64,000 nucleotides of DNA, from the NCBI GenBank assembly GCA_963739845.1, contig CAVUBQ010000002.1:1129843-1193842 (forward strand). The letters run 5' to 3'. Within the stretch, counting starts at the first letter, position 1. The number at the start of each line of letters is the position of its first letter. Shown one piece after another: positions 19,143 to 27,908 of the stretch. The DNA is from Vulcanimicrobiota bacterium. GTDB lineage: Bacteria > Vulcanimicrobiota > Vulcanimicrobiia > Vulcanimicrobiales > Vulcanimicrobiaceae. The notes below the pieces were generated by a model, which saw only the letters and a program-made list of their open reading frames with translations, was not told where the DNA came from and did not search any database. Both the position numbers and the translations under genes were made by a program.

Positions 19143-19637
19143 ACCCTAAGATCGGAGACGTGCCAAAAAGCCAGCAAGGGCGGAGGGGGCCTCGCTTTGA
19201 AACGGCTTAGCTCCTTCCCATCGTGACGGTTCCGGGCGGGAGCAGCATAGCCGCTACGCTGCCGCTGATTCCGTAGGCGAAGCTCGCGCTAAGTCTCGCG
19301 GCCGAAATCGCTTAAGGGGTCGAGTGCAATCGCACTCGGCCTCTTCAAACTACGTGCGTATGAACTGCAGTTTTACCATGTGAGCCTTTTTACGCATTCC
19401 CAAACGCTCCACCAAACCTTGGGATGCTTTGCGTACCTGTTCGAAGCCTTTCATCTGACTCTTGTATGGTTCTAACCCGTCAAGAACCTTCGGGAAATCG
19501 GGCGCAGCGGCCCACCGCTGCACTCAGCATGCGTTCTAACGAACATCTCTTTCGCTAAAGGGCCCCCGTCTTCGTAGTAGCGAAGGGGGCAAGCTATCTC
19601 GTTGTATTTCTATAGGTTTTCGATGAAAGGATAGTCT

Positions 19638-20084
19638 ATGAAACTCTTCTCGTGGCTCGTTTTGGGGCTGCTCGTGACTTCCGGCGCTACGTTCGCCGCG
19701 ATCCAGTCAGCTCCGGTCTTTTTTACGTCCGATAGCCTCCACTGGGTAGCCGCCACCGGTCCTGCGAAGGGCTCTTGGAATGCGGTGATGGTCGGCAATC
19801 CGAACTCATCCGGCACTGCAGTCATTCGCGTCAAGATGCCCGACGGCTACACAAACAAGCCGCATTACCATTCGCACGCCGAATATATCACCGTGATCCA
19901 AGGAACGCTTTTGTTCGGGACGGGCGATACCATCGACAAGTCTAACGCGCGGGTGCTACCGGCGGGGTCGTTCATTGCAGTCCCAGCAGGCGTCCATCAC
20001 TGGTCGGTCGCACAGGGCGATACCATCGAGCAGGTCGGCGGAGAAGGGCCACTGACGAACATTCCAGTCAAGCAAAGCATGTAG
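19638..20084 (+). CDS. secreted cupin-domain protein (copy A)
   Basis: 148 aa. Signal peptide, then HYHSHAEYITVIQGTLLFG..AGVHHW, a cupin His pattern. Confidence 0.75.
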   Translation: MKLFSWLVLGLLVTSGATFAAIQSAPVFFTSDSLHWVAATGPAKGSWNAVMVGNPNSSGTAVIRVKMPDGYTNKPHYHSHAEYITVIQGTLLFGTGDTIDKSNARVLPAGSFIAVPAGVHHWSVAQGDTIEQVGGEGPLTNIPVKQSM

Positions 20085-20092
20085 TAGGCGGA

Positions 20093-20266
20093 TTAGGAGG
20101 TCCGCGAAACTTTCTCGAGCGCTTCGGCGGCGTAGCGCCTGCGCCGCGGTCCTCCCTCCGACGCATGAAGGAACTCGATTTCGACCTGTGAGTCGGGATG
20201 CACGGCGGTAACGATCGCTTCCTCGTCCGCGCCTTTCACGATGACGTGATCACCGAGTCGAATCAC
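20093..20266 (-). CDS. small conserved ORF (57 aa, GTG start), copy A
   Basis: My own translation: VIRLGDHVIVKGADEEAIVTAVHPDSQVEIEFLHASEGGPRRRRYAAEALEKVSRTS. Open in both repeat copies. Below the ORF-track size cut-off. Confidence 0.35.
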   Translation of the reverse strand: MIRLGDHVIVKGADEEAIVTAVHPDSQVEIEFLHASEGGPRRRRYAAEALEKVSRTS

Positions 20267-20537
20267 GATGCAACTCTCTAACGTCGTCTAGGGCAAAGCG
20301 TGCTGGTTCCATGCTTGGCACTTGACCCTAACTACGACGGGTTCCCCCCGCGCGAGCTCGAGGCTAGTGCAGACGATTGTCTCCTAAAGGCGAAGCGGCT
20401 CACTACACCGTTCACTACACAGAATCGGCCCAAAGCGGCCAGCGATTTCATTGGCCTTCGTAGCCTTATGCGCAAGACGGCAGTATTATCAGGGACTTTC
20501 GAGACCCAGAGGGTAGCGGCGGTGACGCAGTAGTACC

Positions 20538-20557
20538 TTCCTACACGCACCCGCCAG
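20538..20557 (+). repeat. att-like copy of the selC 3' end
   Basis: ttcctacacgcacccgccag matches selC 17841-17860 (ttcctacacgctcccgccag) at 19/20. Confidence 0.6.
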
Positions 20558-20616
20558 GTTTGTACATTCAAATGGATCTGGTTAAGTTCAAATTCATCTG
20601 GTGGATACGGGCTAAG

Positions 20617-21144
20617 TTAGGTACAAGCGGAGAGTGCATCACCGACCTTGGGTCCTGGCGGGATCACGGTCTCGTGCAGCAGTACCGATTGCCAGCCGCC
20701 ATTCTTCCACACCAGCACGTCGGTTTGGCGCTCTTTGACGGCGAAGCATTTGCGAACGAGCTTTCCGTTGACTTCCTTAACGAAAGGCCCTGCGGCGTCC
20801 AGGTGCGTCGTTACGAGAGCGGTCTCTCCGTAAAGCCGAACACGCGGTTCCGAAAGAATCATCCTTCTCCGCGCACCGGATTTCCGAATAAAGTCGATGA
20901 AGCCGTTCTTGTCGGCAACGCTGCCAAAGCCGCTGACGACGATCCAATCGTCGGCGAGCAGGGCTTTTAATGCGTCGGCATTGCCGGTTAATAGCGCTTG
21001 ATTGATTGCCTCATCCGTGCTCGAGGCACTCGCAGCCGTTGGACCCGTCGTTGTTTGTGCTCGCACCTGCGTTTGGGTAGCTAGGGTAACGAACGCTAAC
21101 ATTAGGGCTGAAAGGCCGCTCATCATCCAAGCAGTACGTGTCAC
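20617..21144 (-). CDS. secreted SnoaL/DUF4440-like (NTF2 fold) protein
   Basis: Signal peptide. ..LLADDWIVVSGFGSVADKNGFIDFI..RLYGETALVTTHL..VLVWKNGGWQSVLLHET. Confidence 0.6.
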   Translation of the reverse strand: MTRTAWMMSGLSALMLAFVTLATQTQVRAQTTTGPTAASASSTDEAINQALLTGNADALKALLADDWIVVSGFGSVADKNGFIDFIRKSGARRRMILSEPRVRLYGETALVTTHLDAAGPFVKEVNGKLVRKCFAVKERQTDVLVWKNGGWQSVLLHETVIPPGPKVGDALSACT

Positions 21145-21196
21145 GTTATACCTCCGAGCCAGCCGATGGCTTGGTCTTCCCTTAACTTAGTGCACG

Positions 21197-21901
21197 TCAC
21201 TTTGGAGCGGGCGAACCGTCGGACCAGTGGGACACCGGAATAGCGAGCGTCACCGGCTGGTACGGGCGAAACCCAGCCGATGGAGGAGGCGCTAGGATCG
21301 GCGACCCCTTGAAGCTCGCGGCCCACGTGGCCAGTTGGTCGTACGCGATGAACGGCATGACATGCGGACGCCACGGTCCGTCGGCGCCGAGCAGGTAGCC
21401 GTTTTTCGATAGCATGAACGCAAACGAGGCGGGTGCGGGATCGGTGAATTGGTGGTCGGCATACCCGGCTTTCGCTTTCGCCGCAATCTCTTCACGAGTA
21501 TCGCCGGCGATCGCCCATTTCGTCAGTGAAAGGTAAAACGGGAGTACGCTTCGCACGGCCGGCGGATTGAGGCATGCTGGCCCGAGACCGTGCCAGTTCC
21601 AGAACTCGGGATCATCGAAACCCGCCGTCCACGAGCGTCCGACAACGCAGACCCAGCCGTTGGTGCCCTTGACCCCGACGACGTAGCCTTGCTTCGTGAG
21701 GACGAGCACTTCGGCATGAGCGGAGATCGATGACGGCCCTGCCGATCGAGCCAAGGCGATTTCGGCGGCAGCGCTGGGCATCAGGTACTTCGCGATCGGC
21801 GCCATCGTCGGGTAGGGGTTTGGCGAGGGGACCTGTCCGAACGCTACGGTGGAGGACGCAAGCGAGAGCGCAATGGCCACGCAAGCAAAGGCGATCTTCA
21901 T
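21197..21901 (-). CDS. hypothetical secreted protein
   Basis: 234 aa. Signal peptide MKIAFACVAIALSLASSTVAFG. No family recognised. Confidence 0.6.
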   Translation of the reverse strand: MKIAFACVAIALSLASSTVAFGQVPSPNPYPTMAPIAKYLMPSAAAEIALARSAGPSSISAHAEVLVLTKQGYVVGVKGTNGWVCVVGRSWTAGFDDPEFWNWHGLGPACLNPPAVRSVLPFYLSLTKWAIAGDTREEIAAKAKAGYADHQFTDPAPASFAFMLSKNGYLLGADGPWRPHVMPFIAYDQLATWAASFKGSPILAPPPSAGFRPYQPVTLAIPVSHWSDGSPAPK

Positions 21902-22224
21902 GGGGCCTCCTTAAGTAAGACGAGCGTTGCAGAGATTGGCGCGGCCGCAGGCAGTTGCGGAATGCTGCGCGCAGCAAGAAACGAGTTGTGCAATCATCAG
22001 CGTCAGTGGCTCACCCCTCGCGTTGTTCGACGCAACTAAGACCGTTGGAGCACCGGGCATGAACTTACTTTGCACAACGCCGCTTCGCAATGAAATGTGA
22101 CAGGGAGTACATGCTAAGCTAAAGGCAGGCCGGCTCACTACATAAAGGGCCCCCGTCTTCGTAGTAGCGAAGGGAGCAAGCAATCTCGTTGTATTTCTTT
22201 AGGTTTTCGATGAAAGGATAGTCT

Positions 22225-22671
22225 ATGAAACTCTTCTCGTGGCTCGTTTTGGGGCTGCTCGTGACTTCCGGCGCTACGCTCGCCGCGATGCAGTCAGCTC
22301 CGGTCTTTTTTACGTCCGATAGCCTCCACTGGGTAGCCGCCACCGGTCCTGCGAAGGGCTCTTGGAATGCGGTGATGGTCGGCCATCCGAACTCATCCGG
22401 CACCGCAGTCATTCGCGTCAAGATGCCCGACGGCTACACAAACAAGCCGCATTACCATTCGCACGCCGAATATATCACCGTGATCCAAGGAACGCTTTTG
22501 TTCGGGACGGGCGATACCATCGACAAGTCTAACGCGCGGGTGCTACCGGCGGGGTCGTTCATTGCAGTCCCAGCGGGCGTCCATCACTGGTCGGTCGCAC
22601 AGGGCGATACCATCGAGCAGGTCGGCGGAGAAGGGCCACTGACGAACCTTCCAGTCAAGCAAAGCATGTAG
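22225..22671 (+). CDS. secreted cupin-domain protein (copy B)
   Basis: 148 aa, 4 substitutions relative to 19638..20084. Confidence 0.75.
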   Translation: MKLFSWLVLGLLVTSGATLAAMQSAPVFFTSDSLHWVAATGPAKGSWNAVMVGHPNSSGTAVIRVKMPDGYTNKPHYHSHAEYITVIQGTLLFGTGDTIDKSNARVLPAGSFIAVPAGVHHWSVAQGDTIEQVGGEGPLTNLPVKQSM

Positions 22672-22679
22672 TAGGCGGA

Positions 22680-22853
22680 TTAGGAGGTCCGCGAAACTTT
22701 CTCGAGCGCTTCGGCGGCGTAGCGCCTGCGCCGCGGTCCTCCCTCCGACGCATGAAGGAACTCGATTTCGACCTGTGAGTCGGGATGGACGGCGGTAACG
22801 ATCGCTTCCTCGTCCTCGCCTTTCACGATGACGTGATCACCGAGTCGAATCAC
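22680..22853 (-). CDS. small conserved ORF (57 aa), copy B
   Basis: Same frame and length as 20093..20266, with one substitution (A to E). Confidence 0.35.
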   Translation of the reverse strand: MIRLGDHVIVKGEDEEAIVTAVHPDSQVEIEFLHASEGGPRRRRYAAEALEKVSRTS

Positions 22854-23202
22854 GGTGCAACTCCCTAACGTCGTCTAGGGCAAAGCGTGCTGGTTCCATG
22901 CTTGGAACTTGACCCTAACTGCGATGGGTTCCCCCCAGCGATGGCCGCGTGTTGTGCTTGCCCTTTCGCAGATTCGACGAATCTTCGTCTAACGACCGTA
23001 TAACAGTATATCGAAAGACCGCGCGAGCTCGAGGCTAATGCAGACGATTTTCTCCTAAAGGCGAAGCGGCTCACTACACCGTTCACTACACAGAATCGGC
23101 CAAAAGCGGCCCGCGATTTCATTGGCCTTCGTAGCCCTATGCGCAAGACGGCAGTTTATCAGGGTCTTTCGAGACCCATAGGTCGCACCCACACCGCCAA
23201 GG

Positions 23203-23946
23203 CTACGTCAACTCAAGGACGAGTCCGGAATGATCGGAAAGCCCATCGAGCCGAAAAACATGGTCGTACTCCGCCGAGGCTAGGTCAGGGAGCAGCGTTG
23301 GTGAGACCAAAGCCTTATCGATTCGCCAGCCGCCACGGCTTGGCGTGCCATCGCGGCGTGCCGGATACCAACTAAACTCGAACTCGCCCGGATGCAAATA
23401 TGCCCATGCCTCTGTCCATTCACGTTCGAGTTCGATGTACAAGTCGGCCGTACTGAACCGGTCAAGAAATCGTCCAGATCGCGCGTTGACCTCGATGTCG
23501 GTCTCATTGCGTCCCGAGTTGAGGTCGCCGATACACATCGCGCGATCGCCGGCGTCGTTGTGGCGCTTGGCCGCAGCAATCAAGTAGCGCAGGTGAGGGC
23601 GCTTGCGGTCCTGGCCCGGCAGGTAGACGCCATAGATTTTGAGCTCTCCGAAGTGCGCTCTGAGAATCGCGTGAGGGTACTGATCTCCCTCCAAGCCGAA
23701 CGGGTTCTCGAGGCCTTCAAAGCGCTGCACCGATGCGATCAGCACGCCGTTCCCGCGACTTTCGGTGAACGAGTGATGTTTCAGCCCGATTCGCTCGAGG
23801 TTCGATCGCAGCAGCGCGCCCGCTTTATTATTGCGGAACTCCGAGAATACGGCGGTATCCACGTCGAGGTATGCCGCACGACGAGCGATCTGGGGAATCG
23901 TCACGGTATTCCCGCCGGCGCGCAGATTGAGGGCGAGGATCCGCAT
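23203..23946 (-). CDS. endonuclease/exonuclease/phosphatase (EEP, Xth-like) family protein
   Basis: MRILALNLRAGG..VFSEF..GVLIAS..IGDLNSGRNETD..RIDKALVSP..SDHSGLVLEL. Confidence 0.75.
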   Translation of the reverse strand: MRILALNLRAGGNTVTIPQIARRAAYLDVDTAVFSEFRNNKAGALLRSNLERIGLKHHSFTESRGNGVLIASVQRFEGLENPFGLEGDQYPHAILRAHFGELKIYGVYLPGQDRKRPHLRYLIAAAKRHNDAGDRAMCIGDLNSGRNETDIEVNARSGRFLDRFSTADLYIELEREWTEAWAYLHPGEFEFSWYPARRDGTPSRGGWRIDKALVSPTLLPDLASAEYDHVFRLDGLSDHSGLVLELT

Positions 23947-23952
23947 TCCGAA

Positions 23953-24729
23953 TCAGATCGTGACGTCGACTCCAAGTACGATCTTGGAGGTGCCCGGTAC
24001 GCCCCGCGTCCCGTACACGGAAATCCGCCCATAAAGTTCGAGCCACCGCGTCGGGTTTCGAATCGCGCCAAGATCGAAACGATTCGAAGGAGTCAGGACG
24101 GTGCTGCTCCCGCTGAATCGCAACTCCCGTGCATAGGCGGCATACATGCGCGACGAGCCATCGCTGTTAACTGGCATTGTATAGGTCGTTACGAACTGAT
24201 TGAGATCCTGGGGCAGGCGGGTTGCCGTGGCGAAGCGGTCTTGCGAAATCTTCATCAGAACATCCCACCGGCGCGACAGGCCGCCCCAACCCGATGGTAT
24301 GGGTGGTCCGAAGTAATAGTCCCCGGAAACGTAAGGGGTGTGATAGCCATCGGAAGTGCTCGGATCGGAGTGCTGATACGCGTAACCGGCGCGAACCTCG
24401 AGATGGTCGCGCCCGTCTGGGGCACTGAAACGCATTTTTACGTCAATAACGTCAAAGGGCGGATCGAAGATGCTCGCCGCCTGTTCCTCGCTCGATCCGT
24501 CGTCCTTATCGTCATCGAGCCCCGCCTGATAAGCTCGCAAAATCCTGAACCGGAGGGAGAACCCGCGCCGCGCGATCGGCCTATACTGGAGGCGAAAATT
24601 TGTTCGCACCACGCTGCGGCACCCCGACGGAGCGCTAAGGCAGGCCGTGTATGCGGGCTCGATGCCGCCAGTTAGTTTTGCTCCATCTCCCAGACACGCG
24701 CCGCTAGCACCAGCCCAAAAAAGCAGCAT
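23953..24729 (-). CDS. hypothetical beta-rich protein (possible outer-membrane beta-barrel)
   Basis: Alternating-polarity strands, e.g. LEVRAGYAYQH and RWLELYGRISVYG. I chose the Met at 24729 to avoid overlap with the divergent channel gene. Confidence 0.5.
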   Translation of the reverse strand: MLLFWAGASGACLGDGAKLTGGIEPAYTACLSAPSGCRSVVRTNFRLQYRPIARRGFSLRFRILRAYQAGLDDDKDDGSSEEQAASIFDPPFDVIDVKMRFSAPDGRDHLEVRAGYAYQHSDPSTSDGYHTPYVSGDYYFGPPIPSGWGGLSRRWDVLMKISQDRFATATRLPQDLNQFVTTYTMPVNSDGSSRMYAAYARELRFSGSSTVLTPSNRFDLGAIRNPTRWLELYGRISVYGTRGVPGTSKIVLGVDVTI

Positions 24730-24798
24730 CCCCGACGGCCAGACGACGCATCTACGCCCTCTTACCACAACGCATCGATAAATAAGGCGAACGTACCG

Positions 24799-25884
24799 AT
24801 GTTCCTGCGGGGCATCCTCGCCCATAGCGACGAATGCGACAATGTGCTGCCTGTATTCAAGCGTTATCTGACTGTTCTGACATTGCTTCCCGCTCTAGCC
24901 TTCGCCGCATCCGAGACCTCCGCGCGCGCATCCGTAGTGGGGACTCCAACTCAGTCGCACCCAATGGTCGTTCGTGTCGGGCTTGTGATCCGCAACATCA
25001 TCGCTATCGACGAGGTGAAGGAAACCTGGCAAGCTACCGGCTTACTCGTCGCAAAATGGACCGATCGAAGCCTTCGCTACCGGCCGCGCGGACGAGGGCA
25101 GCTTTTCCGCGAGCTGCCGGCCAATATGTGGAAGCCGGACTTTGAATTCACAAATGAAGCATCCCCGACACACTTCCGCTTCCTCGATCTCTACGCCGAG
25201 CCGGACGGAACGCTGACATATACTCAAGCGTTCAGCTCAACCCTATCGACCAGCTCAGATTTGCGCCGTTTTCCGTTCGACTCTCAACTCTTGCCGCTCG
25301 TCGTTCAAGCCAGCGGAGACGACCTCGACCGCACGATTCTGAAGCCGGATCGCAAGGAGTCGGCGCTGTTTAGCCGAGGCTACGTTGGTCTCGCGCACTG
25401 GGAGTCGCTTTCCCTTTCCGAACGTTTGGGGACCGTCGAAGGAACTGCCGGCCGCGCGAAGGACGTCGAGTTTGACCTCAAAGTGCGGCGCAACTCCAAG
25501 TCTTACATTTTGAAATTCATCGTGCCGCTTCTGCTGCTAGTTATTATCTCTTGGATAACGTTCTGGCTGTCGCACGAGGAGTTCAAAACTAAAGACCAGC
25601 TTCAATCGGCCGTTGCCACACTCCTGATCGTCGTCGCTTTCAATATCACCGCCTCTAACGTCTTACCGCGGACCGAATATGTCACCTATATCGACGCGCT
25701 CTTGTTCACATGTTTCATTTTCGTTATCATTTCCATCGCATCGATCGTCGGAATCCATCTCCTACAGATTAATTACTCAGCGCAGCGCGCGTTAGCCGTA
25801 CGTCGCCTCACTGGCGTCGTTCTCCCTATTGCATTTCTGATCACTCAAGTGATCTTGTTCTTCGCGTTCCACATCGCAGGATAG
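24799..25884 (+). CDS. prokaryotic pentameric ligand-gated ion channel (Cys-loop receptor superfamily homologue); alternative GTG start at 24844
   Basis: VRVGLVIRNIIAIDEVKETWQATGLLVAKWTDRSLRY, WKPDFEFTN and RRFPFDSQLLPLVV (FPFDxQ). Four TM segments (YILKFIVPLLLLVIISWITFWL ..) with a very short M3-M4 loop. Confidence 0.8.
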   Translation: MFLRGILAHSDECDNVLPVFKRYLTVLTLLPALAFAASETSARASVVGTPTQSHPMVVRVGLVIRNIIAIDEVKETWQATGLLVAKWTDRSLRYRPRGRGQLFRELPANMWKPDFEFTNEASPTHFRFLDLYAEPDGTLTYTQAFSSTLSTSSDLRRFPFDSQLLPLVVQASGDDLDRTILKPDRKESALFSRGYVGLAHWESLSLSERLGTVEGTAGRAKDVEFDLKVRRNSKSYILKFIVPLLLLVIISWITFWLSHEEFKTKDQLQSAVATLLIVVAFNITASNVLPRTEYVTYIDALLFTCFIFVIISIASIVGIHLLQINYSAQRALAVRRLTGVVLPIAFLITQVILFFAFHIAG

Positions 25885-25922
25885 GCGCGATGCTACCGCC
25901 TATCGCAGAATCAGGGTTTCGC

Positions 25923-26357
25923 TCAATCCTCTGTAGGCTTTAGAGCTTCATGCGCGGCCAAAAATGCCTGGCGGCCCGCGGGCGTCCCGCAGTAGACGGT
26001 TATCTGAACCAAAGCTTCTGTAATCTCGTCGATCGTTACACCGCTCGCAACCGCAGCATTCGTGTAAATGCCTAATTCTTGGAAGCGCCCCAGTCCTGCT
26101 AGAATTCCAAGAGTCAGGATGCTCCGAGCCTTCCGGTCAAGTCCGGGACGGCTCCAGGCATAGCCCCACGCTAATTCCGTAACGGCGCGTTGAAACGTCA
26201 TCATGAAGGCATCGGAGCCTGCAAGGTTTTCGTCCACATAATTCGCGCCGAGCACCTGTCTCCGCGTTTCCAAACCCTTCTCGAATAATTCGCTTTCCAC
26301 GATCGCTTGATCTCCTCTCTCCTCCAGCTTGATCCCACATGAAGTAAGCCGTTGCAA
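25923..26357 (-). CDS. carboxymuconolactone decarboxylase (CMD) family protein
   Basis: FEKGLETRRQVLGANYVD..TELAWGYAWSRPGLDRKARSILTLGILA..EITEALVQITVYCGTPAG. Confidence 0.7.
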   Translation of the reverse strand: MQRLTSCGIKLEERGDQAIVESELFEKGLETRRQVLGANYVDENLAGSDAFMMTFQRAVTELAWGYAWSRPGLDRKARSILTLGILAGLGRFQELGIYTNAAVASGVTIDEITEALVQITVYCGTPAGRQAFLAAHEALKPTED

Positions 26358-26445
26358 AACGTTTGCATTCGAATGTCGAGCAATTGTCTCGTAGTTCGCG
26401 CCGTTTCACACTTTCGCTACCCCTGTAAAACCGTCGCTAGGCTTC

Positions 26446-26471
26446 TTCGATTCCTACACGCTCCCCCCAGA
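26446..26471 (+). repeat. att-like copy of the selC 3' end (best distal copy)
   Basis: ttcgattcctacacgctccccccaga matches selC 17836-17861 (ttcgattcctacacgctcccgccaga) at 25/26. Confidence 0.7.
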
Positions 26472-26647
26472 ACCGATCGGTTTTACGCGCAAACGCGCGC
26501 GTCGGTCGCCCTGTTTGCTAGCGTGGTTGAGGCATATCGCGCTCGGAGGAGGTGGAGCCGCCGCTTCAAGAGTACCCCAGGGATGACAATGGGCTCTCAA
26601 TAGCAGGCCCGCTATCGCATTTGCTTTGGCGCAAGGGGAGTAGTTTT

Positions 26648-27700
26648 ATGGCGAAGATCGTGGCTCTACCCGCCGTGCTTGGCGCAGCCATGGCGTTCTT
26701 TTTTCTCGCCGGTTGCGGCGCCCGAATTCAGTCTTTCGCGCCGGCCGCCGTGTCAGGGATTGCGCCGAACGGCACCCCCGCCCGCCGCGCTAGCGCAGCC
26801 TTCCTGACGAACCAAGCTCCATCATGGATGTCGTCTGACGCCGCCAAATCGAAGGCGCTGCTTTATGTCTCCGATTACTCGTATTTCAAAAACGAGGTCG
26901 ATGTTTTTTCGTATCCCGCGGGTAAGCTCGTGGGTAACCTGACGACCGATATGCTCAACCCCGATGGCCTTTGTGTTGACAAGAAGAATGACGTTTGGGT
27001 CGTCAATAATACGCCCAACCAAGCTGACGTTGTAGAATTCAAACATGGTGGAACGACGCCGATCGCAACGCTCGGTGATCCAGGTGAATCCGCCATTTCG
27101 TGCGCGGTGAATCCGACCACTGGCAACCTTGCCGTTACTAGCGGGGGAAATCTCAGCAGCGGTACCGGCGCGGTCGCCGTCTATGCCCACGCAAAGGGAA
27201 CGCCTCAAATGTACACCGACCCCAAAATCTTCGAAGTATTTTGGTGCGGATACGACGATAAGGGAAACCTTTTCGTGGACGGTCAGCCGTCAAACAACGG
27301 TTACGGATTCCAGTTTGCCGAGCTTCCAAAAGGCAAGAAAACACTTACCAATATCACGCTCAAGGGGGGCACTATCAACTTCCCGGGACATATCCAATGG
27401 GACGGCAAATACGTGCTTGTCGGCGATCAGGAAGCGCAGGGGCAAGGGATGTCGGAGACGTCGGCCGTCTACGAAACCACCGGCGCCGGCGGAAAGATCG
27501 TCAAGAAAATAGCGCTAAAGAATTCCAGCGATGTTGCGCAATATCTGGTGCAGGGCGCCACGCTCGTTGGCCCCAACTCGCTTGGAGGTTCGCTGGACGG
27601 CGGAAACGTCTTATTCTATAAGTACCCGGCTGGCGGCGCACCTACGAAAAAGCTCACATACGGTTTTGACTACCCGATTGGCTTGGCAATCAGCAAATAG
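26648..27700 (+). CDS. lipoprotein, beta-propeller-like
   Basis: MAKIVALPAVLGAAMAFFFLAGCG lipobox. The upstream part of ORF 26552.. is unlikely to be coding. Confidence 0.6.
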   Translation: MAKIVALPAVLGAAMAFFFLAGCGARIQSFAPAAVSGIAPNGTPARRASAAFLTNQAPSWMSSDAAKSKALLYVSDYSYFKNEVDVFSYPAGKLVGNLTTDMLNPDGLCVDKKNDVWVVNNTPNQADVVEFKHGGTTPIATLGDPGESAISCAVNPTTGNLAVTSGGNLSSGTGAVAVYAHAKGTPQMYTDPKIFEVFWCGYDDKGNLFVDGQPSNNGYGFQFAELPKGKKTLTNITLKGGTINFPGHIQWDGKYVLVGDQEAQGQGMSETSAVYETTGAGGKIVKKIALKNSSDVAQYLVQGATLVGPNSLGGSLDGGNVLFYKYPAGGAPTKKLTYGFDYPIGLAISK

Positions 27701-27908
27701 GGGAAGAATTCGCCCGTTGTCAAACCGCCCCCTCATCTATCTGGAGAATCTCAGCTTACTTGCAACGCGCTTCTAGGATAGCCAAGCTGCTCAGCGCTGC
27801 CGTTCGCGTTGCCAGCATGCCCGTGGCAGCTGCGAACCATGCCGGCCACGCCCACTAAGTTGCCTTCTCCACCGTCACATTCCACCTCGCCGCTGCGCTT
27901 CTAACGCC

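Larger units (their letters stand above)
19557..20508. repeat. direct repeat copy A (~0.95 kb)
   Basis: Near-identical to 22144-23178 at an offset of 2587 nt. Starts at hairpin GCCCCCgtcTTCG-tagtag-CGAAGGGGGC. Confidence 0.9.
22144..23178. repeat. direct repeat copy B (~0.95 kb plus an 84-bp insertion at 22937-23020)
   Basis: See copy A. The encoded cupins differ at 4 of 148 residues. Confidence 0.9.

Noticed and set aside
19150-19556. A ~400-nt lower-GC spacer with a 34-aa minus-strand ORF (MKGFEQVRKASQGLVERLGMRKKAHMVKLQFIRT).
   Set aside because: It is too short, has a weak RBS and resembles no known family. It is not supportable as a gene from sequence alone.
23184-23202. A possible fourth att-like selC remnant (cgcacccacaccgccaagg).
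   Set aside because: It is only a gapped, partial match. I keep it as a weak boundary hint, not as a feature.
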